A stretch of DNA of 64,000 nucleotides from a bacterium (GTDB lineage: Bacteria > UBA8248 > JACPRG01 > G963555815): the NCBI GenBank assembly GCA_965261595.1, contig CBDHDG010000007.1, positions 320,001 to 384,000 on the forward strand, written 5' to 3'. The stretch's first letter is position 1. Every line of letters starts with the position of its first letter. This document shows positions 21,347 through 31,204 of this stretch, piece after piece. The notes beneath the pieces were generated by a model that searched no databases, had not been told where the DNA came from, and saw nothing but the letters and a program-made list of their open reading frames with translations. The translations under genes and the position numbers were made by a program.

Positions 21347-21499
21347 CCTCTTAAGGGACGTTTTGCGGCTTGTCCGCCGATCCCGGAAAGATTGGCTCCG
21401 CTTTTCAGGGTCCCCGTCAGCGAAAATGAGGGTTGTGTGAAATGGGGCTCGATCCACCGCCCCGGAAGAATCGACCGCCGGACCGGAGGAATAAAAGGC

Positions 21500-22381
21500 A
21501 TGGCCGCAGCGAAGAAGGGCAAAAGACAATCGGTCTGGATGCAGGACCTGACGTGGGAGGAGATCGCCGAATACCTCGAGGGCGAAGACATCGTCATCGT
21601 CCCCATCGGGAGCACCGAGCCGCACGGCCCCCATCTGCCCATCGGCGTGGACGGGTTCGAGGCCATCGACTATTCCGAGGGCATCGCCGAGACGGCCGGC
21701 GTCCTGTGCGCGCCGCCCACCTGGTTCGGCGACGCCCAGCACCATATGCACAAACCCGGAATCTCACTGATGCCCGAGACAGTCGTGGCCCTTTTGAAGG
21801 ACATCTACCGCAGCCTCATCCGGCACGGTTTCAAGAAGGTCATCACCTTCAACGGACACCGGCTGGCCAACACGGCGGCCATCGGAATCGCGACGAAGAC
21901 AATCAAACAGGAGTTTCCCGAGGTGATCTTCGCGCTTTACGATCCCTTGATGATCGCGGCCACGACGCACCGCGAGGTCTGCGAGAATCCGGGTGCCGGC
22001 CAACACGGCGGCGAGTTCGAGACTTCCCACATGCTCTACCGGCGGGGGGGCCTCGTCCAGATGGACAAGGCCTTCGAGCACCGGGGGAGACTTCTGTTCG
22101 AGACGCGGTTTTTCTCGCACGACCACTTGGGAGGCGGGGACCGGATTCCCATCACGATCGACGCGAAGGACCAAAGCTTTTACACCCCCCCCGCCCATAT
22201 CGGCGACCCGACCGTGGCGACGGCTGAAAAGGGGGAGATGCTCTGGAACGCCATCATCGGCAACGGGGTGGAATTCATCGAATCGCTCCGGAAATTTCAA
22301 CCCGCGAAACGGCGGAAATACCCCCGCGCCGTCCGACCCTCTCGTGCCGGGTCCCGGCCGAAGGGGAGAAAATCCAAGTAA
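21500..22381 (+). CDS. Creatininase / MftE family amidohydrolase
   Basis: LTWEEI, PIGSTEPHGPHLPIGVD, FNGH, HGGEFETS, GDPTVATAEKG. Confidence 0.9.
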   Translation: MAAAKKGKRQSVWMQDLTWEEIAEYLEGEDIVIVPIGSTEPHGPHLPIGVDGFEAIDYSEGIAETAGVLCAPPTWFGDAQHHMHKPGISLMPETVVALLKDIYRSLIRHGFKKVITFNGHRLANTAAIGIATKTIKQEFPEVIFALYDPLMIAATTHREVCENPGAGQHGGEFETSHMLYRRGGLVQMDKAFEHRGRLLFETRFFSHDHLGGGDRIPITIDAKDQSFYTPPAHIGDPTVATAEKGEMLWNAIIGNGVEFIESLRKFQPAKRRKYPRAVRPSRAGSRPKGRKSK

Positions 22382-22483
22382 CCATAGGGAAGGACGCCGG
22401 TCCAAAGCGGTTTGCCCGGACCGGCCGGTTTGTCAAAATCCCCGCGCTTCAGGAGCGCCCTGGAAAATTTCACGCCATCAGGA

Positions 22484-22511
22484 TTGACGAATACGCTTCT
22501 TTGGATATAAT
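22484..22511 (+). promoter_or_regulatory. sigma70-type promoter
   Basis: TTGACG-N16-TATAAT upstream of the 61-aa ORF. Confidence 0.65.
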
Positions 22512-22641
22512 TACAGAAAAACCAACGAGTTATCGCTCTGATGACCCTTCAGGGTGAAATGGGGATTGAACGCTGTAAATTTTTGAATGGGGCGACAAGT
22601 CTGACATCTCTGTCAAAAGCGGCCCAGGGAGATCTTGAAGT

Positions 22642-22827
22642 ATGGCCACAGTCAAAGAGGATTTCACGGCATTTATACGCATGGGAAAAGACGGCGACCC
22701 CGAACCCGTCGAGTTTGCAGAGGGTGATGAGGTGTCGATCGTCCAGGAATGGGAGGGAGAGCTGGTCTTAATCAAGAATGATGACGGAAAATTATTCAAC
22801 GTCAAGAAAATTTTGATTGACCTATGA
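22642..22827 (+). CDS. Small hypothetical protein, possibly an SH3-like beta barrel
   Basis: Own promoter and GGGAG RBS; alternating beta pattern EFAEGDEVSIVQEW..LVLIKNDDGKLFNV. Confidence 0.65.
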   Translation: MATVKEDFTAFIRMGKDGDPEPVEFAEGDEVSIVQEWEGELVLIKNDDGKLFNVKKILIDL

Positions 22828-23046
22828 GCAGATTAGAATCGATAGAAAAAAAGTTTAATAAAGCGGCCTTGAAGCGGAATCAGCCGAGGCCGGAGATAAC
22901 GTTGGGCAGGTCATGAGGAATGGCTCCATTGAGTCTGTCACAATATCCGAAGCGCACCCTATCTGAATTCCAGAGGGCCCTACGCCGGGCGGGCGGAGCG
23001 GTCGTTCCATTTTCATGTTGCTCTCAGAGAGAAGGATATTTGTTCA

Positions 23047-23562
23047 ATGTCGAGAGGAAGGATTAAAAGACTGATTACGGACCGAGGATTTGGATTTATT
23101 GAAACAACCCAAGGGGAGGATTTGTTCTTTCACTGCTCAAAACTCCGAGAAATTGAGTTTGCCGACCTTCACGAGAACCAGATCGTAGAGTTCGACATCG
23201 CACAATTCTCCCAAGGACTTCAGGCGGTGAACGTCCGCACGTCGGGGTCCGAAATCAATGAACCCCAGGCCGAAAATGGGTGGTCCGCCACCGTTCCCTC
23301 CCAATCCGGTTGGGAGGAGGAAACGGAAGATCAGCCCGATTCTTTCGAAGAAGAAGGAGAAGAAAACGCCCTGACACCGCGCGAACAATTGATGATCCGC
23401 CTCGCGGTCAACATCACGCGGGGCGCCGAAGGGGGCGTTCGGGACCAATTGGACGCCGCGCGACAGTTGGGAATCGACAAGGCAACCTTGTCGGCGGTGA
23501 TCGATTGGGTGAGCAAGGCTAACGCGGACGCCTGCCGGGCGGTTACGGCCGAAAACCTGTAA
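23047..23562 (+). CDS. Cold-shock domain fused through an acidic linker to a degenerate CMD/AhpD-like domain
   Basis: GRIKRL..DRGFGFI..DLFFH..GLQAVNV; acidic linker EEETEDQPDSFEEEGEE; ALTPREQLMIRLAV...AARQLGI. Confidence 0.85.
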   Translation: MSRGRIKRLITDRGFGFIETTQGEDLFFHCSKLREIEFADLHENQIVEFDIAQFSQGLQAVNVRTSGSEINEPQAENGWSATVPSQSGWEEETEDQPDSFEEEGEENALTPREQLMIRLAVNITRGAEGGVRDQLDAARQLGIDKATLSAVIDWVSKANADACRAVTAENL

Positions 23563-23641
23563 GCTTCGCCGCCCCCGAAATTCGGCCGCTTCATGATGTT
23601 TTTCAGGGATCGTCATCTTCCCGTCCACAAGAGGAGCCGAC

Positions 23642-23887
23642 ATGGAAAAAGAGATCCTGGGACGGGTCGCCAAGATCCGGTTGGCCGAAGGGAAGGAGAG
23701 GTGGGAGGTCTGGGCGGACCTCTATGAGGACGGCGGGAAGCCTTCCGATGGAGAGGACGCCATCGAGCGGGAATTTTACGGCATCGGTGATGACCGGGAA
23801 GAGGCGGAAGAGATGATCGAGGTCCTCATCACCAATTACCTCAAGAAAAAGTGGAAAAAAGAACGGCTTCGAGGACAGACAGATTAA
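23642..23887 (+). CDS. Small hypothetical protein
   Basis: GAGGAG RBS and host-like codon usage; no family recognised. Confidence 0.6.
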   Translation: MEKEILGRVAKIRLAEGKERWEVWADLYEDGGKPSDGEDAIEREFYGIGDDREEAEEMIEVLITNYLKKKWKKERLRGQTD

Positions 23888-23997
23888 ACGGCCCAGCCCT
23901 CGCCTGTGACCGACCTCAGCCGTTCAACCTCACCTGAATCGTTTCAAACCTCGGAATTCAGCGCTGCCGCCCTCACCCTGAGGAGGACCCTTCGCAC

Positions 23998-24513
23998 ATG
24001 AACGCTGTCCGACATCTCGTTTCTTCCGCCGGGGCGGGCGCCGCGGTCGGGGCGGCAACCGGATCCCCTGAGATTGGAACGGCCTTTTTCATCGCGGGTT
24101 GGGCCATCGACTTTGACCACGCGCTGGACTTTGGCCTGAAATGGGGCCCCCGGGGGGCCTTTGTCCGGATGGCCCGGATGGGAATCGGCCCAATCAACCG
24201 CCCGGACACCGCCATCTTGTTCCTCCACGCCTACGAGGTCTCCGTCCTGCTCTTCGCGCTCGCGGCCGCTTTTCCCGAATCGCCCTGGATATTGGGCGCG
24301 GCCCTGGGACAACTCTTTCACCTCCTTCTGGACCAAGTAACGAACTTGCGAAAATGGGGGCCCACTTACTTCCTCGCTTATCGGTGGTCGCGCCGATTCA
24401 GACTTGAGCTGTGTTTCCCCGGACAGACCCCGGAGCGGAAGCACGGCCCGCAAACCGTGACGACCGACCTCGCGTCCGAATCCGGGCCTCCCTCCTCCCC
24501 TTCCGGGAGTTGA
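23998..24513 (+). CDS. Membrane metal-dependent hydrolase-like protein (YdjM-like)
   Basis: H near the N-terminus, IDFDH, LHAYE and FHLLLD motifs in hydrophobic context; GAGGAGG RBS. Confidence 0.7.
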   Translation: MNAVRHLVSSAGAGAAVGAATGSPEIGTAFFIAGWAIDFDHALDFGLKWGPRGAFVRMARMGIGPINRPDTAILFLHAYEVSVLLFALAAAFPESPWILGAALGQLFHLLLDQVTNLRKWGPTYFLAYRWSRRFRLELCFPGQTPERKHGPQTVTTDLASESGPPSSPSGS

Positions 24514-24649
24514 AACCCGCCCTCTCCGGGCGTGAAACATTCCGATCTTCTGAAAATGCGTCGTGGCCTTTGCGGCCGGGAGCGGAGAGAGGGGGAGAGT
24601 ATTCCACGCGCCCGCGGCCTCTTCGGAGGCGGCGGCCTCACCGGAGACT

Positions 24650-25993
24650 TCAGGGCTCGCGAGAAAACAGGTCGATGTCGGCCGGGAGCGGCTCGTGAAG
24701 GAATGGCCTCGCGTCCTCGCCCATGTAGTCGCCGGCCCGATGTCCGGCCCCGGCAACCTGATACTTGTACGTCACCAGACCATCGAGACCCACGGGTCCG
24801 CGGGCGTGAAGCTTCTCCGTGCTGATTCCAACCTCGGCCCCCAGACCGTAGCGATAACCGTCGGCGAAACGGGTGGACGCATTCCACAGGACGCTCGCCG
24901 AGTCCACCCCCGAGAGAAAGGCCTCGGCCGCCGCGGGTTCTTCTGTGAGGATCCCGTCAGTGTGCCGCGACCCGTGCAGGTTGATGTGACGGACGGCTTC
25001 CTCCAGGTCCGACACCACCCGGATGGACAGAATGAGGTCCAGATACTCGGCGTCCCAGTCCTCCTCCGAGGCCGGCGTCACGCCCTGCACGACAGCGCGG
25101 GTTTTCGCGCACCCCCTCACTTCAACGCCCGCATCCCGCAACGCCCGGACCGCTTCAGGAAGAAAATCGGCCGCCGCCGCCTCGTGCACAAGAAGGGTTT
25201 CGACGGTGTTGCAGGCGGCCGGATAATTTGTCTTTGCGTCCAGAAGGATGGCGACGGCCGACTTGCATCCTGCGGAGCGCTCCACGGCCCGGTCCACGTA
25301 GAGATGACAGATCCCGTCGGCGTGGCCGAGAACGGGAGTTCGCGTGTTCTCCCGGATGTAACGGACGAACGCATTGCTTCCCCGGGGGATGATGAGGTCC
25401 ACCAAACCGTCAAGTCCCAGCAGCTCTTTGACCTCTTCCCGATCCTCCAGAATCTGGAGGGCGCCCGTCGGAATTCCGCTTGATTCCGCCGCGCGGGTCA
25501 GAAGACGGACGGTGACGCGGTTCGTCCGCACGGCCTCCCGACCGCCCTTTAGAATCACGGCGTTCCCGGACTTCAAGCAGAGCGAAGCGATTTGCGAAAC
25601 GGCGTCGGGGCGCGCCTCGAAAATGGCGGCAATCACGCCGAGCGGGCAGGTCACCCGCCGCAGGACCAGACCCTCGTCGAGCCGGCAGGCGTAGTCAACC
25701 CGGCCGACGGGATCGGTCTGGCGGCGCACGGCCCGGACGTTTTCCGCCATGGAGATAATTTTGGCCTCGTCCAGCACCAACCGTTTGAACAGGGCCTGGG
25801 TCATCCCTCCGGACTGAACGGCCCGCTCGGCCTCGGCGGTGTCCTCCCGGTTGGCCTCGAGGATTTCCGCCGCGTCACGCTCGATGGCCTCCGCCATGGC
25901 GCTGAGCGCCGCGTCACGAACCTCCGCTCCAAGGACGGAAAGTCCCAAAAAAACCTCTTGGGCCCTTCGACAGATTTCCAGGACCGCACTCAC
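24650..25993 (-). CDS. proA: Glutamate-5-semialdehyde dehydrogenase
   Basis: PLGVIAAIFEARP, LKSGNAVILKGG, IIPRG, AACNTVETLLVH, NASTRFADG, STEKLHARGPVGL. Confidence 0.97.
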   Translation of the reverse strand: MSAVLEICRRAQEVFLGLSVLGAEVRDAALSAMAEAIERDAAEILEANREDTAEAERAVQSGGMTQALFKRLVLDEAKIISMAENVRAVRRQTDPVGRVDYACRLDEGLVLRRVTCPLGVIAAIFEARPDAVSQIASLCLKSGNAVILKGGREAVRTNRVTVRLLTRAAESSGIPTGALQILEDREEVKELLGLDGLVDLIIPRGSNAFVRYIRENTRTPVLGHADGICHLYVDRAVERSAGCKSAVAILLDAKTNYPAACNTVETLLVHEAAAADFLPEAVRALRDAGVEVRGCAKTRAVVQGVTPASEEDWDAEYLDLILSIRVVSDLEEAVRHINLHGSRHTDGILTEEPAAAEAFLSGVDSASVLWNASTRFADGYRYGLGAEVGISTEKLHARGPVGLDGLVTYKYQVAGAGHRAGDYMGEDARPFLHEPLPADIDLFSREP

Positions 25994-26222
25994 GTTCTTC
26001 GAGCCTCCTCTAAGATCTCTATCCAATGTATCCCATTTAGAGAACCATTTCCAAAACGTCCGGACATTCCCGAAGAATACACGGAGGCCTCAGGCCCGGG
26101 CATCTCTCAACCCTTATGTTTCTGCGGAGGCTGAGGGTTAGCGGACGATGGGGTCAGAACTTTACTTTTTGGTTTTTGGGTTGTGAGAATGTTTGCCGCG
26201 AAACCGATATCAACAATTCGGG

Positions 26223-27206
26223 TTAAGCCGCTCCGGCGCTTTTCCGGCTCTTCAATCCCGCCAGTTTCCGGAATTCCTTCGCCGTCATCGGTTCCTTGCC
26301 GAGGGTCCTTCCCAGCTCGATGGCCTCGCGGACGGCCTCGGCCGTTGTCTCCAAAACGTCGTTCTTGTGGGGATACTTGTAGAGGACGTCTTCCATCCCC
26401 ACGCGAATGTGAAGCCCCAAGAGATGGTTGATCGTCGTCCCGTACACTGAGGCGCGCCCGGCATCGCTGGCAATGATGATGGAGTCGGGGTCGATCTCCT
26501 GAATGCGGTCCACCAGAAAGGTCATCCCGTCCCACGTCGCTCGGACATGCGGCATGTACAAAGTCCCGGGAATTCCGGGCAACAGGTGCCAAACGAAAGG
26601 TCTTTGCAGTATTCCCGTGTCGATGAGATTGCGTTTGGCGTTCCAGATGCTCGACGCCTCATGAACATCGATTATGCAGCGGACCCCCATGGCTTGGTAG
26701 TACTCCGCCTGGGCCCGCATCGTCTCCGGACGCATCGCGCGAAGCCGGTCCCCCAGCAAGCCCGAAGTCGGGTTGACGATGCAGAGATCGAACAGCCCTT
26801 CGGTGACGGGTGTCATGCACTCCTCGAACGTCCGGCCCGTCATGGTTCCTCCGTCGATGACGATATCGTCCCCATACCGCTCGATGATGGGATCGAGCAC
26901 TTCGTGGTAAATCTCGGCCCGGGCGGTGGGCCTTTCGTCCCGGTCCCGGACATGGACGTGGATCCCCGAGGCCCCGGCCTCGATGGCGGCGAAAAACGCG
27001 TCCCGGACTTCCTCCGGCAGGATGGGCTGCTTTGGGTTCTGGTCCTTGTTGACGAAGCTGCCGACGACGGCGGCGCTCACGAAAAACCTCTCGGGGATCT
27101 CCCACGGCGCCTGGACACGGAAGTCTACGCCCCGGGTCCCCCAATCAGGCTTGTGGGGCGGTGCCACGTCTTTGAACTTCCTGAGGAGCTCCGCGCTTTT
27201 CTCCAT
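26223..27206 (-). CDS. BKACE / 3-keto-5-aminohexanoate cleavage enzyme family (DUF849)
   Basis: QNPKQPILPEEV, EAGASGIHVHVRD, HIRVGMED, GKEPMTAKE.R. Confidence 0.85.
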   Translation of the reverse strand: MEKSAELLRKFKDVAPPHKPDWGTRGVDFRVQAPWEIPERFFVSAAVVGSFVNKDQNPKQPILPEEVRDAFFAAIEAGASGIHVHVRDRDERPTARAEIYHEVLDPIIERYGDDIVIDGGTMTGRTFEECMTPVTEGLFDLCIVNPTSGLLGDRLRAMRPETMRAQAEYYQAMGVRCIIDVHEASSIWNAKRNLIDTGILQRPFVWHLLPGIPGTLYMPHVRATWDGMTFLVDRIQEIDPDSIIIASDAGRASVYGTTINHLLGLHIRVGMEDVLYKYPHKNDVLETTAEAVREAIELGRTLGKEPMTAKEFRKLAGLKSRKSAGAA

Positions 27207-27375
27207 CTCCCCCCCCCTCCCGTCGAGGCCGGTGTCAGGCCGATGCAAGAACGCTCTGCGCCCTCCCGCCGCTATCCGCGCGCACGCCGTCACCGACGGA
27301 ATCCGTCAAGGCGCGGTTCGGCCGGTTTATCTCCGCGGGTCCGCCCGGTCCTCTGCGGACATCCTCGCACAGCCG

Positions 27376-28470
27376 TCAATTGAGGAGCAATAAATCCAGG
27401 AAGGGCGGGAGGTTCTCGTGCAGCACTTCCCAGGTCTTTCCGTCCGGACCGGACCGGATGATCCGGCCCTTTTGAGACGGCGGGTCCACACTGGGCGAGA
27501 TCATCCCATCAACGTTGTAATACTTGAGCGGCAGCTCGTCTTTCGGATTCGCCGAGGGCCGGAGGTAGGGGCTGATGGAAAGGATAACGCCGCCCGGCGC
27601 CTCGGGGTCCGGCATGATCTTCGGCAGGTAGTTCACGGTGGGCAGGTGGACGCCCCGATGGGGGCACGTCCAGGTCTCCCCCCCGTCCTCGGTCCGAAGG
27701 AGGTCTCCCCCCGTTCCCGTCGGGACGTGCCAGTCGCCGGGCGCATAGGGATACGCAACGACGTGAAGGACCTCGGGCCGGACCGGATCGATGCACATCC
27801 GCCAGGTGTACATGGGGTGCATGTCCCGGTACCGATACTCCCAGGACTCCCCGCCGTCCCTCGTCCAGTAAACGCCAGGCCGATAGGAGGAGGCAAAACC
27901 GGTGCTGACGTACAGGGTGTCCGGATCATCGGGGTGCATGATGATAACGTGCGTATCGCGGTTCACGTCGTCCGTTATCGGTTTCCAGGATTCCCCTCCG
28001 TCCCGGCTTTTCATCACGCCCCCCATCTCCACTGTCGCGTACAGGATGTCCGGGTCCCCGGGGTGAAAGGCGAAGGAGACGAGCCGGGGATCATGGGGCG
28101 GCGGGGGAAAGTACCAGTACTTGGAGCCTTCGGTCTTCCGGAAAGTCTCCACGCGCTCCCAGCGCTCGCCGTCCGGCGCGCGGAAAACATCAGCCGGCCA
28201 TGTGCCCGCGTACACCGGATAAGGGGGATGAGGCGAGACGGCGACGCACATGAACCGCTCTCCGGGACGGGCCTCGAACTGTTTTTCCCATTGATTCCCG
28301 CCATCTCGGCTTTTGTAAATGCGCCCGCCCGCCGTCACGGCGTAAAGGGTTCCGGGCTCGGGCGAGGCCGCAAGCGTGGTGACCCTCTCGCCTTCGAGCG
28401 CGACGCGCTCACAGCGTGAGTCCTCAGCGGCCCAGATCCCGTCGGCTGTCCCGAGTAAAAAAGTTTTCAC
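27376..28470 (-). CDS. BNR/Asp-box beta-propeller protein
   Basis: Asp boxes SRDGGNQW, SRDGGESW, TRDGGESW, TEDGGETW; no signal peptide. Confidence 0.85.
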   Translation of the reverse strand: MKTFLLGTADGIWAAEDSRCERVALEGERVTTLAASPEPGTLYAVTAGGRIYKSRDGGNQWEKQFEARPGERFMCVAVSPHPPYPVYAGTWPADVFRAPDGERWERVETFRKTEGSKYWYFPPPPHDPRLVSFAFHPGDPDILYATVEMGGVMKSRDGGESWKPITDDVNRDTHVIIMHPDDPDTLYVSTGFASSYRPGVYWTRDGGESWEYRYRDMHPMYTWRMCIDPVRPEVLHVVAYPYAPGDWHVPTGTGGDLLRTEDGGETWTCPHRGVHLPTVNYLPKIMPDPEAPGGVILSISPYLRPSANPKDELPLKYYNVDGMISPSVDPPSQKGRIIRSGPDGKTWEVLHENLPPFLDLLLLN

Positions 28471-28654
28471 CGCCCCACCCTCCCCCCAATCCCCAGACCG
28501 CCGCCCGAACCGTCCGGTCCCCCAAAGAAAGCGGACCGGGAAGAGGAGCCGCCCCTTCGGCATCCCTCTCCTTCCCGCAAGCGAGGCGGGCTTCGCCATT
28601 TCCTCAAACCGATGCTCCTACACAACGCAAATTTCCATGCGCGCACCCGTCCGG

Positions 28655-29443
28655 TTAATGCTTCCCCACAAACTCCCGAACGCGCTGATAAAACGCTTCG
28701 GGTCTTTCCTTGTAAAAGAAATGTCCGCCCTGGAGGATCGCCAACTCCGCCTCGGGAATCGCCTCGGCCAGCTCTTTGGAAAAATAAGGCGGCGTGCAGA
28801 AATCCTCCTCCCCCACGATGACCAGCGTCGGCTTCCGGATACCTCCCAGGCGATCGAGTTGATCGTGGGCGATGATCATGTCGATACGCTTGATCATGAC
28901 ATCGACGTCGGCGGGAATGGCGGTGACCATCTCACACCATTGCCGGACGTCGTCGTCATGGTCGCGCACGTAGGTGGGAGCGAACAGAAACAGCGCGTTC
29001 GCCTGCTGGTACGCTTCGATGCCAGAATCCCGCAAGGTCTGCTTCCGGACTTCAAACTCCCGGCGAAAGAAGGCGTCCGTTCTGGCCCAGGAAGAGCACA
29101 CGACGATGGTCCTGACAACGTCCGGGTGGTCCAGAGCCATCACCGTCGCGATGGCGCCGCCGGTGGAGGAGCCGACGATGTGCGCCGGGCCGCAATCCAG
29201 CGACCGAAGCATGTCCGCCATGTCCGAGGCGTGCTGCTCGATGGTGTACCCGTCCTCGGCAAACGTGGACTGCCCGGCCCCCCGGTGGTCCGGAACGATG
29301 GTGAAAAACGCTTTTGAGAATATCGGAACTTGCGGGCCCCAGCCTTTTCCCGCGCCGCCCAACCCCGTGAGGAGCATGAGGGGGTCGCCTTCACCCTGGG
29401 TCTCGTAATAGATCTCGATACCGTTCACCGCCGCCTTGGGCAT
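28655..29443 (-). CDS. Alpha/beta hydrolase (RutD-like)
   Basis: GLGGAG..W, DHRGAGQS, GSSTGG nucleophile, GEEDFCTP, GGHF. Confidence 0.9.
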   Translation of the reverse strand: MPKAAVNGIEIYYETQGEGDPLMLLTGLGGAGKGWGPQVPIFSKAFFTIVPDHRGAGQSTFAEDGYTIEQHASDMADMLRSLDCGPAHIVGSSTGGAIATVMALDHPDVVRTIVVCSSWARTDAFFRREFEVRKQTLRDSGIEAYQQANALFLFAPTYVRDHDDDVRQWCEMVTAIPADVDVMIKRIDMIIAHDQLDRLGGIRKPTLVIVGEEDFCTPPYFSKELAEAIPEAELAILQGGHFFYKERPEAFYQRVREFVGKH

Positions 29444-29710
29444 CTTCTTCCTCCCTTGTTCGTCTTTTCATCCAGATGACTTCCGGCGCTTCTCGGCCGG
29501 CGTCTTCAAACTTCTCTATTCCGTCGATCGAAGTCAAGGAATCCCATTCCGGGCGCCATACCGTTTGACTCGGGAATCCGGGCTGTGATAGAGATTCTCA
29601 TAAGTTCCACACACGGTAGTTCAGTCGATGCCCGGAGGGATTCCGCCTGGAGGCGGGGTCCGCGCCGGTTCCGAATTCGGCGCGGAGATCGCCCGAACAG
29701 GAGGCCCTGA

Positions 29711-31072
29711 ATGAACAAAGAGCAGGCGGCAAGACGGCTCAAGCAAGACAAGGTGGAGTTCATCCTCGCCCAGTTCGTCGATCTCTACGGATCCGCCAAG
29801 GTCAAGCTCGTGCCGGCCGGCCATTTCGATGACCTCTGCGAGGGCGGGGCGGGATTCGCAGGGGCGGCGGTCCTGGGGTTGGGACAGGGACCCCACAGTC
29901 ACGACATGATGGCCAAGCCCGACCTCTCCTCCTATACGTTGATCCCTTGGAAGGAGGGCCTCGCCCGGTTCGCCTGCGACATCTTCGTGGACGAAGAACC
30001 CCATCCCTTTTGCAGCCGGACCCGACTGCGGGATGTCCTCCATGATTTGCGGAAGGACGGTTATGTCCTCAACGTAGGCATGGAGCCGGAGCACTTCCTG
30101 GTCCGGCGCGGCGCCGACGGGGGGATCGCCATCGATGATCCCGACAGCGTGGACACCCTGGCGAAACCCTGCTACGACTTCAAGGCGATGTCCGGCCAGC
30201 TCGATTACCTCCGGACGCTGACCCGCTACATGAACGGGCTGGGCTGGGACGTCTACCAGATAGACCACGAGGACGCCAACGGGCAATACGAAATCAACTT
30301 CGCCTACGCCGACGCCCTGATCACCGCCGACCGGTACATCCTGTTCAAGATGATGACCAGCCAAGTTGCCAAGGCCCACGGCTGCATCGCCACCCACATG
30401 GCCAAGCCCTTCGACGACCGGACGGGAAGCGGCGCGCACTTCCACTTCTCCATCGCCAACGCCAAGACGGGAAGAAACCTCTTCATCGACAAGAAGGACC
30501 CGAAGGGCCTGGGCAAGTCGCAGCTCGCCTACCACTTCCTGGGCGGACTCATTCACCACGCGCGCGCCCTCGCGGCGGTGACCTCCCCGACGGTGAACTG
30601 CTACAAGCGGCTCCAGGCGGGGGCGGCCCTGTACGGCAGCCGCTCGGGCTTCACCTGGACCCCGGCATTCATCACGTACGGCGACAACAACCGCACGCAG
30701 ATGTTCCGCACGCCGGACGCCGACCGGTTCGAGGACCGATCCGTCTCGGCGGCCTGCAACCCGTACCTGTCCATGGCCGCGTACGTGAAGGCCGGGATGG
30801 ACGGCGTTCGCAAAAAGCTCGACCCCGGCGAGCCCAACATCGGCCGGAACATGTATGAGATGAGCGCCGCCCAACTTAAAAAGCGGGGCGTGAAGGTCCT
30901 GCCCCAGAATCTCGGCGAGGCGCTGGACGCCCTGGAGCGGGACCCCGTCGTCCAGTCCGCCCTGGGCGAGCCCCTCTACCGCGAATTCCTCTCCGTAAAA
31001 CGGGAAGAGTGGGCCCAATACAGCCGGACCGTTTCCCAATGGGAGGTGGATCGCTTCCTGACCGCGCTCTGA
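29711..31072 (+). CDS. gmaS: Type III glutamine synthetase-like protein, gamma-glutamylmethylamide synthetase
   Basis: AKVKLVPA..GAGFAGAA, DTLAKPCYD, DHEDANGQYE, NCYKRL..SGFTWTP..GDNNRT; adjacent to mgsABC-like genes. Confidence 0.85.
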   Translation: MNKEQAARRLKQDKVEFILAQFVDLYGSAKVKLVPAGHFDDLCEGGAGFAGAAVLGLGQGPHSHDMMAKPDLSSYTLIPWKEGLARFACDIFVDEEPHPFCSRTRLRDVLHDLRKDGYVLNVGMEPEHFLVRRGADGGIAIDDPDSVDTLAKPCYDFKAMSGQLDYLRTLTRYMNGLGWDVYQIDHEDANGQYEINFAYADALITADRYILFKMMTSQVAKAHGCIATHMAKPFDDRTGSGAHFHFSIANAKTGRNLFIDKKDPKGLGKSQLAYHFLGGLIHHARALAAVTSPTVNCYKRLQAGAALYGSRSGFTWTPAFITYGDNNRTQMFRTPDADRFEDRSVSAACNPYLSMAAYVKAGMDGVRKKLDPGEPNIGRNMYEMSAAQLKKRGVKVLPQNLGEALDALERDPVVQSALGEPLYREFLSVKREEWAQYSRTVSQWEVDRFLTAL

Positions 31073-31204
31073 GTCCTCCGGACTGCGCGACCCGAGATTT
31101 CCGCCTGACGGGTCCATCCATGGATTGAAGACCGGGCGGTTACGTGATAAATAGTCTCATGAGCGCAAGATAAAACCCGCCGAACGGAAGGCAACCAGCG
31201 GGAC

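Noticed and set aside
21500..22381. Mycofactocin system (MftE)
   Set aside because: No MftA precursor, MftB or radical SAM MftC in the window.
22538..22560. CTGATGA-CCCTTCAGGGT-GAAA, resembling a hammerhead ribozyme core
   Set aside because: The stem II closing pair is missing one nucleotide and only 3 nt separate the candidate cleavage triplet from CUGAUGA, so stem I cannot form.
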